A stretch of 51,608 nt of DNA, counting the filler, from Sphacelaria rigidula (Eukaryota), in the NCBI GenBank assembly GCA_964200075.2. It is 4 parts of 4 records of this genome, joined end to end, with 100 filler letters (N's around TTAATTAATTAA, not from the genome) between each part and the next. Parts side by side here need not be neighbours in the genome. Positions count along the whole stretch, not along the records: positions 25,857 to 38,683 come from CAXNAA020003386.1; positions 38,784 to 51,608 come from CAXNAA020003387.1; 2 more parts are not named here. One strand, 5' to 3'. A program made the translations under genes and the position numbers. The notes under the pieces are model-generated. The model did not search any database. It had not been told where the DNA came from and was given only the letters and a program-made list of their open reading frames with translations. Of this stretch, positions 25,757 through 39,544 are shown piece after piece; positions within the stretch are counted from its first letter, which is position 1, and each line of letters starts with the position of its first letter.

Positions 25757-25856
25757 NNNNNNNNNNNNNNNNNNNNNNNNNNNNNNNNNNNNNNNNNNNN
25801 TTAATTAATTAANNNNNNNNNNNNNNNNNNNNNNNNNNNNNNNNNNNNNNNNNNNN
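25757..25856. other. Artificial contig spacer N44-TTAATTAATTAA-N44
   Basis: Same 100-nt spacer. Confidence 0.98.
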
Positions 25857-25916
25857 ACGCCAACCCCAGGGGGGGTCCGCCCCTGGGGGGGGGGGGGGGG
25901 CTATCGTAGAAAGTGT

Positions 25917-26335
25917 CACTCAAGTATTACTGAGAGTGCTTACTCAATATTTGAGTAGAGTATTTGAGGTCGTACTCGATCTACTCAAAATTTGAGTAAA
26001 ATATTTGAGGCCATACTCAACCTACTCATAATTTGAGTAGAGTATTTGAGGCCGTACTCTACCTACTCATAATTTGAGTGGAGTATTGAGGTCATACCCA
26101 AGTGATATTCTATCCTCAAGTATCACTGAGGGTGCTTACTCAATATTTGAGTAGAGTATTGGAGGTCGTACTCGATCTACTCAAAATTTGAGTACAGTAT
26201 TTGAGGCCATTCTCGACCTACTCAATATTTGAGTAGAGTATTTGAGGCCGTACTCGACCTACTCAAAACATTGAGTAGAGTAGTGGAGGTCATACTCAAT
26301 ATCTTCGAAATTTGAGTATTCACGGTCATACCCAA
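25917..26335. repeat. Satellite array 1, ~40-bp palindromic subunits within a 196-bp higher-order unit
   Basis: Subunit tttgagtagagtatttgaggccgtactcgacctactcaaaa; marker caagtat(t/c)actgag recurs at 25921 and 26117. Confidence 0.9.
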
Positions 26336-26844
26336 TCTGCCCGAAAGTGGGGCAGAGTGTCTGAGGCCAAACCCGATGTACTGAAAACCAATAACTTCAA
26401 CTTCAGTACTCAAGTTCGTACGCAAGATGCTCAAACTCGGGTGGTGGAAATACCGAGGTATTCCCCGAGTTGCCCACCCATGATTAGTGCTGATCGGAGA
26501 TCGAACTTCAGCAAATATTCGGATATATTAGAGAAAGCATTTGGATCAGAACCATATGGTACAAAACTAGGGTAGAACGAATATTAGGGTATTGTCAAAG
26601 GGCGTTCGGAGTGTACCGTGTAAACTGGCGGGGGTACTAGAAGCGTGAAAATCATATCGAAGTATTGGGCAGTCGGAGTCTTGCACTGTTCATTCACCTG
26701 CACGTTTTTTTTTTTATGGCCATCATTCGCTCATACCTCCTAAAGCCTGTCACGTAACACCACTCATCTAATTGATCGCCATCGTCCACCCATGTCTTCA
26801 ACATAGTCTGCGAAGTGACGTCACGAAGTCGCCGATGGTCACGG

Positions 26845-27292
26845 ATACTCACCATACCCAAGTGATACTCTATACTCAAGAATTATTGAGAGTGCTTACT
26901 CAACATTTGAGTAGAGTATTGGAGGGCGTACGCGATCTACTCAAAATTTGAGTAGGGTATGTGAGGCCGAACTCGACCTACTCGAAATTCGAGTAGAGTA
27001 TGTGAGGCCGTACTCGACCCACTCCAAACTTGAGTAGAGTATGGAGGTAATACTCAAGTGATACTCTCTCCTCAAGTATTACTGAGAGTGCTCACTCAAT
27101 ATGTGAGTAGAGTATTGGAGGTCGTACTCGATCTGCTCAAAATTTGAGTAGAGTATTTGAGGCCTACTCGACCTACTCAAAATTTGAGTGGAGTATTTGA
27201 GGCCGTACTCGACCTACTCAAAATTTGAGAAGAGTGAACACTGGAGTATTCGACTCGAGTACTCAAAAGTACATACTCTACTCGACCTGCTC
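26845..27292. repeat. Satellite array 2, same family
   Basis: Higher-order marker at 26877 and 27073, again a 196-bp period. Confidence 0.9.
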
Positions 27293-27588
27293 ATGGACAC
27301 TTACCAAACGGGCACTTTTCAAGATCTTCGAATCTTAGCTTCACGCACCTGGCTGATAAATAATGAACACCTGAACCGGATGCATGACAGAGTTAGTTAA
27401 TGCGTTCACCCCGACGCCTCTCACGAGTTGAACGCGTTTACACGATACGGCGGTTGACTACTACTCCGCGGAGCCGCACAGATATACACGGAGGCAACTG
27501 ATAGTTCAACTCTTCAAACTTCAATTTGATAGTACCAACTCTTGGTTCTTAGAACACCGAAAATGTACTCGCAACTGTGGATACTCAC

Positions 27589-30500
27589 CGGTCTGTGTCG
27601 TCACCCCCATCTTCATCTTCGGAAAATTCCTGCTCATCGCTCTCGCTTTTCCCACGAACATCATCAGAACAGCTGTCGGGATGCCCGCCTTTCTCGTCAT
27701 CGTCTGGTTGCGGCCTGATTCCAGTTGTCAATTTTTCAGGCTCACGACTTCCGAGCGTTTTCGCATACGCTTGACGTCTGTTCAACCTAGATCGATTGCT
27801 CGGCGATAGAGCTTCAGAAGACCGCAGGACTGACTCTTTTATTCGGGAGCGCAGCTCGTCCGATGCTGCACTCTTTCCTCTCTGAAGATTCAGATATGGG
27901 GAAAAGAAAAGTAACAAATGGTAGCGTTCAGTGAAGGTATGATATAACCAGAAGTGCACGCGAACCACCACTTTCTGCCATCCTCAAGGGGGCGACGTAA
28001 GTCAACTTGATGATCATCAGCGATACCTGTTGAGCCATACACAATTTTCCGGCCGATAGATTGCCGTTCAGGTTAGCTGGCAGTTTGATTCCACCTTTAG
28101 CCGAATTGTGATGTTTATTCAATCATTTTTTAAGTAGTATTAACGCCAGCCGTAGTGCACAAATTCAGTCCCCATAACAACTGACACACCAAAACCCTCG
28201 GTGTTCGGCTGCTCTCGTGCAGGCCATCTGGGGGTAGTTAAGGTATTGTAAAATCTTGGAGAAATAGAAACGAAGGGATTTGCACTGGACTTGTCAGGTT
28301 CTTCCTCATCATCGAGGTCTTCCGAGGGGGAGGGGGGGAGCGGGGATGTCAAGGCGTGCAGTTGACGGGGGCCCTTGTCATCGGCCAACATTTCGACGGC
28401 CATTTAGACGTTTTTGACTTCTCCGTAGTTTAATGAATGACAAATATCGCGGGATTTGGATTAGAAGGCTGCACATTTGAACTCCATTCCTTAAGAGCGA
28501 AGTACAGCACGTGGTGAGTGTGACCGATTGCGACAATAATTGCGATCCCATACGTATGTGAGGGGTGAAGTATTGTCGACAGCTTAGAGCGATATCAGCG
28601 ATACCAGGAGGTGTGGAACGAGGGAAGGAGGACTGTTCAGCTACGTCGGTGTTGACCGCCCACCGCCGCGCGGATGAGCTCCGTGGTTTCGTGAGAGACT
28701 GCTCCGCTCGTACTACATCGCTTCCTACCTCACTCAGCCGACGCATTTATCCTTCTGATCATGAGCGTCGTACGAGATGGGTCGGTCAAGGCTGCGCCGC
28801 CATAGGTCACAGATCACTCTCGGCGCATATGTTCGAATCTCGGAACATCGGGGTGAACGTTTGACACCACAGAAACAAGAAATAGGCCCACCCTTTCCCA
28901 CGATTCTTCTCTTTAATCGTATTTTTGCTACCCCTAAGTCTAGGCGATGCAATGGTTTGGCATGCTTTATCTCCCTTGAAGTGAAGGAGAAAAAAAAAAT
29001 TGCGGTGGCAGGATAGGCCTAAGTGTTGTGTACCTGGTGTAAAAACATCACCCGGAATTTGAAAATTGCGCCGCGCATTGTCAGCAGTTCAACGGTGTGA
29101 CTGTCACGGTAAGGGTGACGAGAGCATGCGCTTGATTCCTCCAGAATACGTTTGTACTTCGCGTCAAAATACTTGTATGAATATCAGTTTGAATTATTTT
29201 ATGAACACCCTCAGATACATTGATAGCTGTCGAAGCACACGCATCCCGATCTCTTCATCACAGGGACATGTTTACCTGGAGATACGTCGCCGTATTTCTT
29301 GAAATATGTTCGGTGGAAGGGTTTTCAGGTTGTAGGCCCGCCCAGCTCGTAATTCAAAATATTTGGCGGTTTCATACAAACCTCGGCGACTGAACTCTTC
29401 GGTTCAAGCCCCGAAACGTGTTGAGCAAATTGGCGCAAAATCCCACTTGACTAGAACTTGGCACAAACTGTGCCTAGGGAGGTACGTTTTGTATGCCACT
29501 GTGCTGGCATCAAATGCAGAAATGCCGTGTCCTACGGGATCTCTTGGAGCAAGAAAGGTATGCACGTGATGTAAAGACCATGAGCGGTCAATTGCAGAAG
29601 GCTCGATTGCAAAACATCCCCGCGCGAATGAAACGACGGGAGAGGAATTGACAAGCCTAGTAGATATGGAGATGTTAAAGCATACTTGACTTCGCTTCAT
29701 CAAGGCAGCCTGTATCAACGCTCACTGTACAGAGTTGTGCTGAGTTTCAAATACGAAGAGACGTACAGTTGTGAACTGCCGGCTCCGGGCAGTGAAGTGT
29801 AACTTGTGGTACCACTCGCCAGTCGGTCAATGTGTTGCCTGTTAATCGACGAAGCCGATAAATTGGCAAAACATCACTGGCGAGATGCGAAGCCGCGAGC
29901 TCTGACCCCCTGCCCCTCCCCCGGCTGGTGAGCGGGGCCCACGGGAGCGTCGCCGGAAGAAAGAACAATGACGGTACTTGGCTCGTTTTTTCTTCAAAAA
30001 TCGTGGATACTTGTAGAAAATGTTAGCCCTCACATGAAAGAGTCGAGAGGCTTGGATGACATCAAAATAACAATCCACGTGGTGAGCGATCGAAAATCAT
30101 CATCTGTTGTATGCAGCCGCACAGGCTTTCCATGAGGAGTGGAGGACGGGGACAAGTAAACGAACGCTGGCAAAACGTGGGGAAATGGGCGCAACATTCT
30201 CCATATCCGGACTGAGAACAAGGTGTGAAGCTTAAGAGCGAGCCATGGCGTATATGTATGTGTGGTTGCGGGTTACCGTTTACTGCTTTCCGTTTTCGGA
30301 TGTGCAATGGAACGACAACCCGTGCCACATATCCGCTCCATCAGTTCGACGTATGCTGAGCATGTGCTACATCATGTTCAGAAGGGTTTCCGCCGTGAAC
30401 ATGGCCATTGGCAACTGGGCTTTGGCGTTTGGCAGTTTCGCATCAAGCACCCCACCGTATATCAGTCACGCTCCTTTCTCTTTCATTTTTCCTCATTCAA

Positions 30501-32537
30501 CTGACCAGCCGTCGTCCTACACACTACAGTCGAAAGACGGAAAACTGCAAAATCAAGAGGTACCGACGAAGCAGACGGGACAAAAACAAGCAGTGAAGTA
30601 GTTATAAAGTTAATGGCTCGATAGAAGAAGTGTATAGAATGGTGCCAGCATTTTTGTGAAACGATCACTATAGGACAATAGGCATAGCTGACGCCCGTGT
30701 CAAGACTGCGATATTAACTGGTCCAGCTCACAGCACTGAAGCAAAAACTGATTGGAATAACTTTCAATTCCCAACGATCACACAAAGTTCATGATGCCTG
30801 CAATGCGTGCAAGTATCAATAAATTGTACACCAAACGTGTAACACAAGACCCAGAGACCTTGGTGTGGATTCACCAGCAATAGTCATGCGCGCCGAAACA
30901 TCTCGCTTTGGATGATAATTTTGACGGCATTTCCCCCGCCCAAAGACCTGGTACAGAATGGACAGTGTCTCAATCCACCAAGCGCTGGACGAAACTAAGC
31001 TACTTGAAATTGATAGCCAAAGATGCATGTCCACCAGTGCATCAGGTCTCAATGTGATACTCTATTGTCGCCAAGGAAAATGTAAGGTGAACATGAAGCC
31101 ACGGGCAGCAAAAATCGCAATATTGAGTGAGGCTAACAGCACAGCCTTGACGTTAAGCGACGGTTGCTAGCATGCCCTACTCGTGGGTGACGTGAAGGTA
31201 TGAGCTGAGCAGTACAGCGTGAGTTCTGTGCGATGATATTCTAGATGCCAGGATGGAAGAAGGGATACTGCGCTGGTACAATGAATTCATGTTTTTTCTC
31301 CCCGCTGTTGAGATATATCCATAGTTTGTGCACCTCGGCGGGCTAAATTGACCCAGGCTTCTTCGAGGAGGCACTCCGAGCTGGAAATGGTCTAAACTTT
31401 CAGGCCAATATAGCTGTGGTCTCATGCTGCGCCGAGTCTTCAGACTCAACTCTATGTTGTTCTTACAGGAACAGTGAAGAACTAGATACCAATTCAGGCA
31501 CGACGGTGTCGGGTCAGGGTTGTATCTTCAACTTCATTGTTGTACGGTTTTTGTACAGGATATTAGGATAAAAAATCAGGGATCATTACCCCATGGTCTG
31601 TAGTACCGTCTGGTGCACACTGTGGGACTCTACCGTCGTACTAATCCTCATAAAATTCTCGACCTACAATAATTATTTGATCGTCTCTGCTCTGGACGCC
31701 GGTGTCCCACGCCAACAGAGTAACAGCACCAACCCACTAGAAGAGTACAATGGCGCAATTTACGGCGCGCGGATGTCGGAACGGTTTCAATGTGAAGACA
31801 ACAACAACAACAACAACAACAACGACTGACCATATATCTACACTTGATATCAGTTCGAAGTAGATGAGCTGCAATTTCCTCCCATGGCTGCTTTTCTGTC
31901 GTTTGGGTTGAGTGCATGTGCTTCGCACAAGAACTTTTCTCTCCTGAAGCTCTGTTGCACAGGCTCGCCATTTCTACGCTTCTGTTATTCTTCCTTCTCA
32001 ATTTTACTGTTCAATCTGTTTGTCTGTTCTGCCTTTCCGTTTTGTTCACTTTTCTCCTGGGAATGTTCCCATTTTGTTCATCATCGGCACGTCTATCTCG
32101 TCACCACGGCCGGAACCCTTGAGGATCAGTCCATGCGCGACAATCAATCAACCAACCAACTACATGATATCAGCACACCGTTGGAGTACCCGCTCACGTA
32201 AGTGCTTCCCCACATATATTTCGCAGGGAAAATAGGAGGTGCCCGAATCAAGTTGCCCACTCATACAGAACGCCTTCGAGTACTTCACAGCTTCCCGTGG
32301 AATAGTGTACAAACGAGCGTAGGCTCCAAGGTGCTGAGTGCGTGGTTGCGAATCGTTTCCGATGCCCAAAATATCTGTTGTTTCTGCTGCAGCCATTAGT
32401 GACCTTTATTGCTCGTCGGAGAGAGTTATATACGTACGTGATTCTGTCACTTACCCCATCTTCCAACGCACGAACGTTGGCCTCGTAGTTTTGCATAATC
32501 GCCTTGAGCTGAGCCCGCTGTGCTCGCCACGGAGATC
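27589..32537 (-). CDS. Probable internal exons of a multi-exon gene of unknown function (model incomplete)
   Basis: Open exons with plausible splice sites: 32537-32455 (SPWRAQRAQLKAIMQNYEANVRALEDG, GTAAGT donor), 31461-31334, about 28091-28027, 27881-27589 (GTGAGT donor). The exon chain could not be closed. Confidence 0.4.
31799..31824 (+). repeat. (ACA)n microsatellite
   Basis: About 8 perfect units. Confidence 0.9.
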
Positions 32538-33337
32538 CTGGTCGGGATACCCCCCGTGTGTGGCTTCTGATTGGGTGGCCGCGACTGTCAGCACAAGCGA
32601 CAAAGTTGATAGAGCATTTAATCTATCCAGTCAAGGAGTTGTACGTCGCAAGGAGATGTAACAACAGTGACACAGAGATAGTCACATTGATATCTCCAGT
32701 TCAGTGCAGCCCGTCGATAATCGCGACACGCATACTGCAGAGAACAAACCGGCTTAAATACAGCAGCGGTGGAACCCGAGTGAATAACGCTTAGCTGCAG
32801 CAGTGTGGCTTTTGCAGAAATGGACTTCCTCTGGTGCAACCGTCTCTGTGCACCGGTGACACACCACAAACATTTCACGATCATATGACTAAAATCGCAT
32901 AAAATCGGTCCATATTATTTCGGCCAACTAACCTCAATCACGAAAATATTACGTCAGATCACCAGGAAATTCCAGTCTGATTTGCAAGGGATTCGCCGAC
33001 ACAACCCGAGATATTTTTTCCCGACGAAATATAAAAAATCCATTGGGTGGGGCCAAATGGATTCTGGTCGTATCTCGGCAAATAAAAAAAATTGAGGGGT
33101 TTATGGAAGGAGTCGGCGAGTGCCATAATCTCACGTGTCAAACAGGTCCCAACTAAAACGTTGAGCCACGCGTGACAACAATTGCAGATCTTGGCACCAA
33201 GATCGTTGTGCATACAAACTTACGTACATCCCACATTGAATTTTGGTTGAGATTGCTCGAACGACGATGAATCAAGGAATAGACACGTCGGGCAGACCTG
33301 TGGGTCGAGGTAGCTCTTTTCTCCGCTTAGTATCCTA

Positions 33338-33700
33338 CTGAGCTGTGAGAGCTACATGACGTACGCATGTTTTTCCGTGAGTGAGCTATGAGAGTTACAT
33401 CAGCTACGCATGTTTGCACTAAGTGAGCCACCAACCCGTAGCTCATTCGCGAATGTTTCCCCTGCGTGAGCTACCGGACGTAGTTCATCAGCGGCATGTT
33501 TGCCCTGGGTGAGCTATCGGACGTAGCTCATCAGCGGATGTTTGCCCTGAGCGAGCTATGAGAACTATATGAGCTGCGAATGTTTGCCCCGGGTGAGCTA
33601 CCGGACGTGGTTCATTCGCCCATGCTCGTCCTGAGTGAGCCATGGGAGCTAGATGAGCTCCGCATGTTTGGTCAGGGTGAGCTACCTAACGTAGCTCATA
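33338..33700. repeat. GAGCT-rich tandem repeat, ~40-bp units of two alternating types
   Basis: Recurrent tgagcta...gtagctcat...atgtttgccctg. Confidence 0.85.
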
Positions 33701-35000
33701 ATAAAGGATTCTTGAAAATAGAGTTGAATTTTGAAATCGAGCAAGAGTCACCTTCCGAAAATCCACATTTTCCCTCAAACAGTGTCGCAAAAACAATCAA
33801 CCGAAGTTTCTTTTTTGTCTGTTGAAACTTCCCCCGGCTTGCCTTGTCGCACACTGTTGGTCCGATCTTTAACGACAAATATATCTCTTCTAGTACATCC
33901 GAATCGGTTCTCACCAGGTGAGGCGATCCTGGAAAAGCGGTTTGAATTTTAAGAGGGGCTGGAGCCACCTTGTGAAAATCAATATTTTCCCCGGGACACG
34001 TTGAAAAAAACAACTGAGGATTTTATGTGTCTATTGAAACGTCCCGTAGCTTGCTTTGTTGCGTATTGTTGCTCCGGTGTATCAAGCCCTATGCGTCTCC
34101 TTTCGTACATTTGAAACCGCTCTCACCAAGTGGGGGAATCCGCTTTTCATCGGATTCCCTCATCAACGAAGAAAATGATGCCCAAGTTTTCGGCGAGCCC
34201 TTGGAGAGTCCGCCGAGAGTTTCGCACCTATGACATTTCCCATGGTTAACACCTGTAGAGCGTTTCATCAATGGAACTTCTTTCGTCGACACTTTACTTC
34301 TCACGAAAGTATTCCCTATTCAACCATTTCGAGGGGAGTTCGAAAAAAACCGGAGCAATTTTTGATGACACGCGAAGAAAGCCGACGAAAGTTCTTTCTC
34401 TCGTCTGGTGAGTTTCAGATGTAGGAAAGGAGACACGTATGGCCTTCGAGACCGAAGCAACAACGCACGGCGAGGCAAGCTAGGGGAAGTTTCAACAGAC
34501 CTGTGAAATCCTCAGTTGGTTGTTTTTGCAAAACTTTTCCGGGGAATGTGTGAATTTTCAGAAGGTGGCTTCAGTCGCATTTGAAAATCCAACCCTAATT
34601 TCGAGGATCCTCTCTTGGCAGACGGAATACTTTCATGAGAAGTAAGGTGCCACCGTTGGTGTCTCGGAAAAAAATAATGTTGCTGGAAAAGTTCTGCGTA
34701 TGTAAAAATCGGGAACTTTACAGGTGGGAAGCTCCCTGCCTCAGCGATTTTCCCTAGAGCTCGAAGAAAATCTGACATCATCTTCATAGATGAGGGAATT
34801 CGACGAAAGCTCCTCCTCTCACCTGGGGGGAGCCTTTTCGAATGTACGAAAAGAGATACATATGGCTTCAGAGACCGGAGCAACAATGCGCGACAAGGCA
34901 AGCTAGGGAACGTTTCAAAAGACAATTTGAATTCTCAGTTGGTTGTTTCTGCAACAATGTTCCGGGGGAAACGTGAATTCTCAGTTTTGCTGAGCGGAGC
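33700..35000. repeat. Foldback-like composite: ~220-bp unit twice forward and twice inverted
   Basis: Forward copies near 33740-33930 and 33960-34140 (ttgaaac..ccc...gcttgc.ttgt.gc); reverse-complement copies near 34400-34600 and 34820-35000; the 34140-34335 extension is inverted at about 34600-34810. Confidence 0.7.
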
Positions 35001-35167
35001 TTTATGGATGTTTCCGCCTTGCCTCTCGCTTCCTCTGAAGAAACGACTGAAGCACGAGCGTCCATCAATGCTCAAGCATCGGTGGGGGCAGAGGATCCAT
35101 CGTATTGGTTTGTCGGTGCGAGTATACCGTCTGTTGGCACGCTGAGCGGCACTGTGGGGGGGGGGGC

Positions 35168-35205
35168 GTACTCATTTGTTGCTTGCCTTAGTCGTGTGAC
35201 CAGTG
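35168..35205 (+). repeat. ~38-bp G-tract-associated dispersed element, copy 3 (variant B)
   Basis: gtactcatttgttgcttgccttagtcgtgtgaccagtg, with tgtggggg on both sides. Confidence 0.75.
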
Positions 35206-37657
35206 TGGGGGTGCAAGATGTAGCTGGACCGATGGTACGCGGAGCGAGTGTTCGAATGAAAGCGCTGGGCTATGGTGTGGATGATTTTGTGGCCCGACTG
35301 CTGCTGTTTCTCTGGAGGGGGCTGGAGGGCTACACGGAACGCATTATGTGAGGTGCTTGCTGGTGGTGAGCGTGGAGTTGGCTGATGCTGGGGAGCAAGT
35401 GCTGGTGTGATTGAGTGCTTCTTGAGATTGCGACTGATAAAACTAAAAAAACTATATTCTTGAATCGTTTGGGTTCGATTGTAGTTTGTTGTGGTGTTGT
35501 CTGTGGTCCTGATTATACTACTGTTTGCGCATGAGGCATGGCGGTCGAACGAGTATGATCGTATTGCCGGGTGAAATGCCAGTGTGCAAGTGCATGGTTT
35601 TGTATCTGTGCGTTGGATTTCTTTGGTCGGCGCATGATGCAGGGTGTTTGAGACTGAGGTTTCAATGTATATGCTAGGTTACATTCTGGCATGCATGTGT
35701 GGATTTTCGCTACAGCATGTATCATTGTGCATGGTGTTGGGCGATCAGTCATGTCGCAGCAGTTTTCAAATATTGCTGAACGCTGGATGACGTACATCAA
35801 ATTGATTCCTGTTCGCAAAATGCGGCAATATGATCGATGCGCGGTCTGCGCTACTGACGGTAGATTAAATTGCTGTTGCGAGCGTGAACATGAAGGGAGA
35901 CGCTCCCGAAATGCATAGGTTCATATGTGAGCAAGCATAACGCGGATATTTCTCGTGGAATACGTTGCACATGGGGGGAATGCTTGAAATTCCGAATTCC
36001 CTGGCGTTTGAGACTATTTGCGGGGGGTGCAGTCCGAAAACTTCTTCCGGGCTGATATTGACGCCTGAAGGAAGGCTTTTTGTGAGTATGGTAATTTTTT
36101 TGATTACGGTCGAATGCTTGGCTTCACTGAGGTCGATTGAGACGTGGTCTTTGAGTGTCGATGTTCAGGGTCGCAGTGTTGCACCGGGGAATTTGTTTAT
36201 CTTTTGCTTTTGTAAGCGCCTCCGCAAAAAACTGTGGATAATGGGAAGTATCCCGGCTTCGCAAGTACGGTCCGCATATGCTGTGCATGCAGCAGCGGCC
36301 CAGACAGCATCGCCCAGGCGGAGGAAACATGCGCGTGGAGGATCAAGGTGTGTTGATATATAGATAGGCAGTTCCTCTCGCACATTGCAATGGCAGCAGT
36401 ACTCAATGCAAGGAGTTATGGTGGAATCCGTGCGGCCTAGGGTGAACATCACCCTCCGCCCCTGTGAAACCTGACCTCCGGTGTTATAAAAGAGCACCAC
36501 GCTCGCGTAACATCACCGGCAGAGACACAGATGGCGATCTGACCATCTACCTAAAGCAGCAGTTCCATTAAAAAATGATTTACTGAAATCCATTCATGTC
36601 GCAGATGAAACGAGTTGACGAAAGGTTGAAAAGTTGGAATCTTGCTCCGCGGCAGCACATGGGTGCTGCAAAGAGCCCCTTTTCCGTTGTACAAGCCGTT
36701 CATCCCAGTACAGTACAGTCCCGCGCAGTACAATACGATGCATTCCAGCGCAGTACACAACAGTACAACTTCATGCAGCGAAGTGCAGTGCAGCACAAAG
36801 TATTGTGCAGTCTGTTTAGTGCTATGTTCGGGTATGACCTACGCCGGCTGCAAGAAGAAGCACTGTGTACAGTACTACTGTAGTACGTAAATGGCGGTCG
36901 TGACCATGCCATCAAGATTCACGGCGCGCGACATGCCGTCGTGGGTAATGTGTAATCGGCAGGTATTTTGTGCTCGATGGGGAAAGGTGCTAGACGCACC
37001 TGATGCACTTTTGGGCGCAACGACCGCATGTTAGGAACGTGCAACCGGGTTCCAACGACCACCTACGTGGATCGAGATCGACACAGGGTAAGTGTACACT
37101 GATTTCGAGTTGTGAAGTTGGATGATACAACAGTGCGACGATCGGATGCGGCGACCATGAGATATAATGATGCAGCAAGCAAAACTCCGTTGTCGTTGGA
37201 CAGCACAGCACGAGAACCGCACGATGGAAGACACTTAGGATCAAAAGCATTGACGTAAATCTCACCCGCACCCACCCTCCGGTACATTCGCTAACGGCAG
37301 ATGTGGAATATCCCCAAGACTCACGGTTGGGATGCAACGTCTGGAGCACTTCTGAGACGCCGGCCGGGGCAGTCCGAATGTGAGATACGGCACCGGAATC
37401 GATCTCGAGCTAAGAGTGCCACAACGCCCTTGATGCAGTGATACCGCGCGAAGTACAAGTGCTGAAGATCGCGCGCACCTGCCTACATTCACCTCGTTCC
37501 CGCTGATGATTGTGGGTTTTGAACGGAGTTGAGTATGCATACATTTTGTAATAACATCCTGTCCCATGAACCCGCGACACCTACGCTCGCAAAATTTAGA
37601 AGACCACATAGCTAACACGTTGTGCACATCTATCTTTGTTCCGTATCCTCCGGACAG

Positions 37658-38143
37658 GTTGTAAAATGCCTGCATCATTCCCAGCGCCATCCCGTCCGAC
37701 ACATGGCCGCATCCGCGGTCGACAGCAGATCTCGACCGACACACTCCGAACTTACAGCGCCAGTGAGAAATCTGGGAGAGATCGCCAGGGGTCACGCCGG
37801 CGAAGTGGACACAGCACGAGAGTCGCTGAGCCCCTTATCACACAGAGAAGAGACGACGACTGTACTTTTCTGTGCCTCGGAGCCGTCAATCGCATCCGCC
37901 GATGGCGCATCTGTACAAAACCAGGGGTCGGCGGAGGGGTGCAACAACCGCCGGAGTGCAGAGCGTAACAGGCTTGAATATCGATCGGGCGGGGAGGGCG
38001 TGACTTGTGAAATCTCGATTACTTCGGCGTCGGAAAACAACACGCGGGAGATATCGTCGTGGAATTCACCGGCAGTACCTCTCATCGAAGTGGGTAAAAT
38101 CCTCCGCAAAAGTGGGACAGCTGCCGGCGGTAGGCTCGTCGAG
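37658..38143 (+). CDS. Possible internal exon, low-complexity Ser/Glu/Gly-rich
   Basis: Pyrimidine tract and GACAG acceptor, 162 open codons, candidate GTGCAG donor; no recognisable domain. Confidence 0.3.
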
Positions 38144-38283
38144 GTGCAGAATTCAATTCCGTCTTCCAAGGCGAAGAGAAGACGAACCCCGACCAAGTCC
38201 AGCAGAGGCACATCCCCGCATGCTCACGACTGGCGGTGGCGGCCCGTTGGTGGAATTCAGCGACGGCATCAGTAGGGTGTGGT

Positions 38284-38322
38284 GTACTCATGATCATGCA
38301 TGCCATAGTCATAAGACCATTG
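38284..38322 (+). repeat. ~38-bp G-tract-associated dispersed element, copy 4 (variant A), inside an 11-bp direct repeat
   Basis: gtactcatgatcatgcatgccatagtcataagaccattg; cagtagggtgt at 38270-38280 and 38324-38334. Confidence 0.85.
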
Positions 38323-38683
38323 ACAGTAGGGTGTGTGTGGGGGGGATTGGCGGTGCCGCCGCCGCCGGCAGCTCTTGACAGCGATATGACAAAGGCACCC
38401 CCGCGGACATATCTTCAGGCGGTGACAGGCAGGGGACGAGGCGGGGCGGCGCCGGCGCCGAGGATGACGCCACGCGCGGATGTCGGCGCCGACGTGGGGG
38501 TTCGGGCGACTCCACCTTCGTATCTTGCGGCATTATCAAGCGGCGAGGGAGTATGCACAGCGGCGGGAGCAAAAGCACATCTGGAAGATGCCTCCCCCCA
38601 CACACCGTGCCACGGTGGCCAGAGACGGCGAAATAGGACGGGGATAAGATATGTAAAAGGTTTTTGTGTAATGTATGGAAGAA

Positions 38684-38783
38684 NNNNNNNNNNNNNNNNN
38701 NNNNNNNNNNNNNNNNNNNNNNNNNNNTTAATTAATTAANNNNNNNNNNNNNNNNNNNNNNNNNNNNNNNNNNNNNNNNNNNN
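38684..38783. other. Artificial contig spacer N44-TTAATTAATTAA-N44
   Basis: Same 100-nt spacer. Confidence 0.98.
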
Positions 38784-39544
38784 CCAAAGCGAAAAATGCG
38801 CCACCCTTTTTTGCTCTAAAAACATAAGGGTCTACCCTTTTTTGTATATTGCCCATAATAATATGCGTACAGTAGGTCGGTTTGGGTTCGGTTCAATTCG
38901 GTTCCGGTGTGATTTCAAAACTGAAACAGGAATTACGAGGAGTGTGCCGCCCACTGTACATGCGGTCACGCAAGAAACCCGAATACATCTTCTCGATGGC
39001 GGGTATGGCAGCGCATATCGCTCGTCTACCGTAACAACAAAAGGTCACGTGTGCATGAGGGATAAAGGACATTCGACAGGGTGAGAGCGAGCGAGTCGGG
39101 CGCAGAGTTTTGTTGCAGGTTTACTGCAGCAGCAGCCTGTTCCATGTATTACAGGAACATGAGAGAAGGAGAGTTGGTCCGAGCAAATCCCAGTTACTCT
39201 CACGACCGTACCGTTCCAGCAATAAACTAGGAAATAGCAGGTATATTATTGCGAAATTATTTCCAAGTCGCTGGCTTGACGTCTTTGTTGAGGGCAGCAG
39301 GCTGTACCGGCGGTTACGTACCTTGGTACCTTAAGAACGAAAATCCATTGTTTCGCCGAACCAATTTCAGAACCAAGCCCTCACAAGGTCGATGACGCCA
39401 CATTATGTTTGAACTGTGCCGTGCGTGAGACAAGATCCATATCCGTCTAGGCAACTGTTATAGGAGAGAAGGGCAATTTGAGGAGCTCGAGGCAGCCCCG
39501 GCTACATTGTAGCTAGTGGAGATACCCAAACACGTGCATCACAG

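Noticed and set aside
25917-27292. CRISPR-like appearance of regularly spaced palindromic repeats
   Set aside because: The intervening sequences are themselves repeated (no unique spacers), there are no cas genes, and the context is eukaryotic.
39155-39240. Candidate upstream coding exon of the ARM gene
   Set aside because: Splice sites look good, but its phase gives a stop when joined to 39545; it may be a UTR exon and was left out of the CDS.
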